Program-made: the position numbers and the translations under genes
Shown: piece after piece, positions 60,201 to 64,000 of the stretch
Position numbering within the stretch: position 1 is the stretch's first letter
Layout of the letters: every line of letters starts with the position of its first letter
Notes under the pieces: model-generated
What the model was told of the DNA's origin: nothing
Databases searched by the model: none
Seen by the model: only the letters and a program-made list of their open reading frames with translations
Assembly: GCA_043228905.1 (NCBI GenBank)
Contig: JBHGNT010000005.1
Coordinates: 7,626,001 to 7,690,000 of the forward strand
Direction of reading: 5' to 3'
From: Azolla caroliniana
Lineage: Eukaryota > Plantae > Polypodiophyta
Length of the DNA: 64,000 nt

Positions 60201-61048
60201 ACCAACCCTACAAGTATGCCACAGAGCAAAGCGGCGATCATTATTACTGCTTACGAGGGAAACAAAATCGACTGGGGAATTATCACAGGCGAAGGAATCC
60301 GTGCGGCGCTTGAATCCTTCCAAACCGGTAAGCGTTTGTTGCCTGTGATCAATCACTTCCATACAATCCCCTACCCACCTCCTTCGGCTTCCCCTCATTG
60401 TATCCTGACCTCTCCACCACCAAAAACACCGCTTCTCAATCTCCCTCAGGCGTTCGGAACCCCACTTCCACCTCGGCCCCACCCCCACCAAAAACACAAA
60501 GACAACGGGCGGTAACAGCAACCCGTGTCGAATGGGATGAGGCCAAGGAGGCCATCCCCGAGGATGTCACCATACGCCAGAGGCCACCAAGGACATCAAT
60601 GACCTCTCCACAACCGAGCCCATGGCCCACAAGCCAGCAGCCCTCGACCATCCGGCAACAAAAGAGGAAACAGGCCCCCGAGGAGCCAACACCACCGGCC
60701 CCAGACGCACAGGATCAGCCGCCAAAAAGACGCCGCATCATTCGAGAGGCAACCACAGAAACCGAAGGTGACCAACATCAGAAATCAAAAGAGGCCAGCC
60801 CCACCTCCACAGACATAGTACCAGCGGAGTCATGGCTCCAAGTCGGTACGATCGAGCATGGACAAACTACGCAGATATCAGAGGAGGAAGTCCTCGGTTA
60901 CAAAGATCTCCCCGCGGAGGCATACGAGTTCAGTGCACTACTTCGACTGGGCACAACTTACGAGTTAATGGATTTCCTCGCGCGCACCCAAGTAGTTGCT
61001 GCCGCTCGTATGGCCGAGGAGCACGCCGAAACAAAGATGATTCAACGC
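57277..61048 (+). mobile_element. Internal fragment of a Ty3/Gypsy element related to element A (RT C-terminus, RNase H, INT, extra ORF)
   Basis: LLGHIVSQEGI, VDTSDITIG, FRHYLLGRKF, HLGIAGAH..CNLCQ, WGLDFVGPF, PQANGLAE, RWTGPF; several premature stops; bounded on both sides by Trp-family LTRs. Confidence 0.92.
59890..61048 (+). pseudogene. Extra ORF downstream of integrase (conserved domain then Pro-rich linker with basic KRK/KRRR motifs)
   Basis: ORFs 59922-60515 and 60398-61147 joined by a frameshift; N-terminus aligns with 1-300 on the minus strand. Confidence 0.7.
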
Positions 61049-61627
61049 TATCGTGAAGAAAACCGTCCCCAGGCGCAAACCGTGTATAGTGTGTGTGAAC
61101 CGGCCCTTACACGTGGGCACGTCCCTTGTCGTATAGTAGATAGGTAGGCACAAAGGTTAAATCCTAGGTAGCAATATTCTATAAGGGAAATCGAGGAGTA
61201 TCGAACAGAGAATTAATGTGATATAAACGGGTGAAACGGCCTCCCTCCTTGAGCTATAAAAGAGAGGGAGACGGGGGAGAGAAGGGATTGCGCGCTAGAA
61301 GGAACGAAGTGCTGTTGGACTGGGACCGAGCTCTTCTTCTCTGTCGTTCTCCATAGCTTTCTTTTGCGCAGGTTCTCAGGAGGCTGATTCTGCTCTGTGG
61401 AACGCCCGTGTGCTTCCGGCAGAATCTCCATCTTGCTCTCCTGTGTGCGTGGGTGATCAGGCGTCGGCATCCACCTCGCCGACCTGGTCGGCTGTAATGG
61501 TTCGAGTCGTTTGCATACATACAAATACATGCCTATATTTACATACACAATCTAGTGTTCTCAACTCGCGTCTCCTGTGTTGTTGTGACGCGTCCCCGTG
61601 CGCTTCTTTGTCTGTACGTGAGTGAGC

Positions 61628-61690
<63 letters not shown>

Positions 61691-64000
61691 CCTCACCTAT
61701 TCCTCGGTCCAAGACCCCAGTGGTCCCGCCTTGTTCTCCACGCACGCGCGTAACAACGCGACATATTTGGTGAACCCGACGTGAATAGGCGCAAGAGGAG
61801 TAGAAGATGAGGGGGTCGGACCTTGCAGAAGCCATGGCTTCGGCTGTAGACCGTATAGTGAGTGCGCGCGAAGGCACCGGCGCCCTTGATAGGGCTATCG
61901 AGGCGGTTGTCGGTACGATCAGCCGGTATAGTGGGAAGGATGCCACGAGCTACTTGGCGTCCTACCGGGCTGAGATGGTAATGAGGGACATTCCGGAAGA
62001 GAGGCGTCTAGCCGGATTCCCTCGAGTGGCGATGCCGGGTATCCATACGGAGGTGCTCGAGGTACGGGCCGAGAGCCGGACCTGGGAGGAGTTTGAAGGT
62101 CGGCTCCTCGAAAGATACAGGCTTGAAGATGTGCTTTGACTTTCGAAGCGAGACTTCATGGAGTGGGTGGAGACCCTCGACAAAGGAAGGGACGCGTTAG
62201 TGCTCCTTCGGGAGTTTGAGGAACGCTTTGCACGCCTCTCGGTGCTTGACCGGACCGTTCTGGACACAAGTCGTGTCCTATTGTTTGTTAAGTTGGTTGA
62301 CGAGCGGAATCGGGAGCAGGTAGGCCTCCTATTGGAGACTGATGACGGGCTGACGGCCGACTGGGCCGTGGTGAAAGGGGTCTGTGGCCGTTTCGACAAA
62401 CGGTGGGAATGGGTTGACAAAGGATCAACAGGGGCGGGCTCTATCTCAGCAAAGAAGCTCGAGCCAACACCACCAACGCGAAGGGAAGAGACCCGAGATT
62501 GGCTCGAGACTGGGTCGGCTTCAACCGGCATGGTCAAGGGCTTGTCCGGGGGAGCAGCTCTGGAGGAGCTGACGCGGATGGTAAGGGATCTCTAGATCGC
62601 CCAGGCACGGAGGGATGGTGGCGAACAGGCCCGTGACCGACGACCTCTGGCTGAAAACAGGTGCATGGGGTGTGACGCGGTTGGGCACATCCGGAAGGAC
62701 TGCGGGGACTTCGCCGAGGCGATGAGAAGCAACGTGTTGTACCTGTGGAACGGTCGGGTGCACGCCAGCGAGACCCGAAGGGCCTTGAACCTGAACGTCG
62801 GGTGAGGAGGTATGAAAAGGCTGATGGAGGAGGCGGCGGCTCGTCACGCGGAGACCGTCCACTACTCGGCGTCAGCTGGTATTTGGGTTGGAGGTGGCGA
62901 GGCCCCGAAGACGAACAAAGCCGGGTTCTGGCCGACGATGCTGGAAGGCCTTGCCGGTGCACGACTGAGGAAAGAAGAGGTGGACCGCGTGGAAAAACGG
63001 GTCCGGGAGGTAACCGGGTGGAGTGACCCGGTGGAAGAAAAGATGGGCTTCGTCGAAGCCGCTTGTCAAAACTACGAGGCTCTGGTGGAGGACAAGCGAG
63101 TAGGGAAAACCGGAGGGGCCGGGCCCTCGCAGCGATATGAAACTCGATTCGGGCAAAGACGGAATGAGGCCGTTGTAACCGGCGCCCATGATAATCCCAA
63201 GAAGGGCAGGTACTGGCTGGGCAGAGAAATCAAAAGATCCACGGACCTGCGAAAGGTCCTGGAAGAACGAATCCTTGACAGCAAGGTGGAGCTATCGCTG
63301 AGGGAAGTGCTCGAGATCGCCAAGAAGGATTTCCACGACACCATCGTAGACTTGGTGAAGAGGAAGAGGTTGTCGACAGAGATAGAACCGGAGAATCCGG
63401 TGGAGGTGCGAATGACGCACATAGAGGACATGGCGCTGGAAGACGAGTTGGCGGAGAGCCACTATTCAAGGCCGCACTGGGCCAGAGCGACCACGGAGAC
63501 CCCCGTGAAGATCGGAGATGTTCATGAACCGGTGGTGGCGTTGGTGGACCATGGTTCAGAAATCAATTTGATGTCCATGGACTTCTATAAGAAGGGAAAA
63601 TGGCTGATCAACACCAAGCACGGTTGGAAAATACGGGCGGCGACGCGTGCCACCGAAGAACTGCATGGAGCCTGCCTGAACGTACGAGTAAAGATTGACG
63701 ATGTTGAGATTGACCAACACTTCTTCGTGCAGGAGACGTCCTCACATCCGGTTATACTAGGAGAATCGTACATCACGGCAGCACGGATGGAGACCAAGGT
63801 GCTGGACAACGGCTCGGCCTATGCAAGGATCAAGAGCCAGGATGGACGTCACTCGGTCCAGTTCCTGACGGTGAGACCGAACCATGAGAGGAACCGCGAG
63901 ACCCTTGGGGCCGAAAGTCGGGAGGATTTTTCAAGAGGGCTATCAAGGCATGGGGCCGCGATAGTCCGGACACTCCGGGAAAACCCCACAAGTGTATGAT
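61049..64000 (+). mobile_element. tRNA-Trp-primed Ty3/Gypsy element, 5' part (LTR 61049-61763, PBS 61768-61786, gag-protease)
   Basis: LTR TATCGTGAAGAA...CGCGACA; PBS TGGTGAACCCGACGTGAAT; zinc knuckle CMGCDAVGHIRKDC; aspartic protease ALVDHGSEINLMS..VILG. Confidence 0.88.
61807..63999 (+). pseudogene. gag-protease with stops at 62137 and 62593 and a frameshift near 62800
   Basis: ORF fragments 61807-62139, 62158-62595 and 62812-63999. Confidence 0.85.

Overview
Eukaryotic land-plant genomic DNA; the repeat families suggest a non-seed plant such as a fern, which is an inference. Only two host genes are present, both on the minus strand and spliced: an LRR-III receptor-like pseudokinase (15152-18323, 2 exons) and a GTE4-like bromodomain/ET protein (27063-28915, 4 coding exons). 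Most of the rest is retrotransposon-derived. The clearest structure is a three-level nest: an RTEX/CR1-type LINE interrupted by a Copia with identical LTRs and an intact ORF, itself interrupted by a chromovirus with identical LTRs ending in TA rather than CA. Two divergent non-chromovirus Ty3/Gypsy copies share an extra ORF downstream of integrase. A tRNA-Trp-primed Ty3/Gypsy family includes an apparently pol-less member whose gag is followed by a repeated Trp-rich motif. The window also holds solo LTRs, several L1 fragments, two copies of a tRNA-derived SINE-like head and several tandem duplications. All alignments and translations outside the ORF track were done by eye; no database searches were run.
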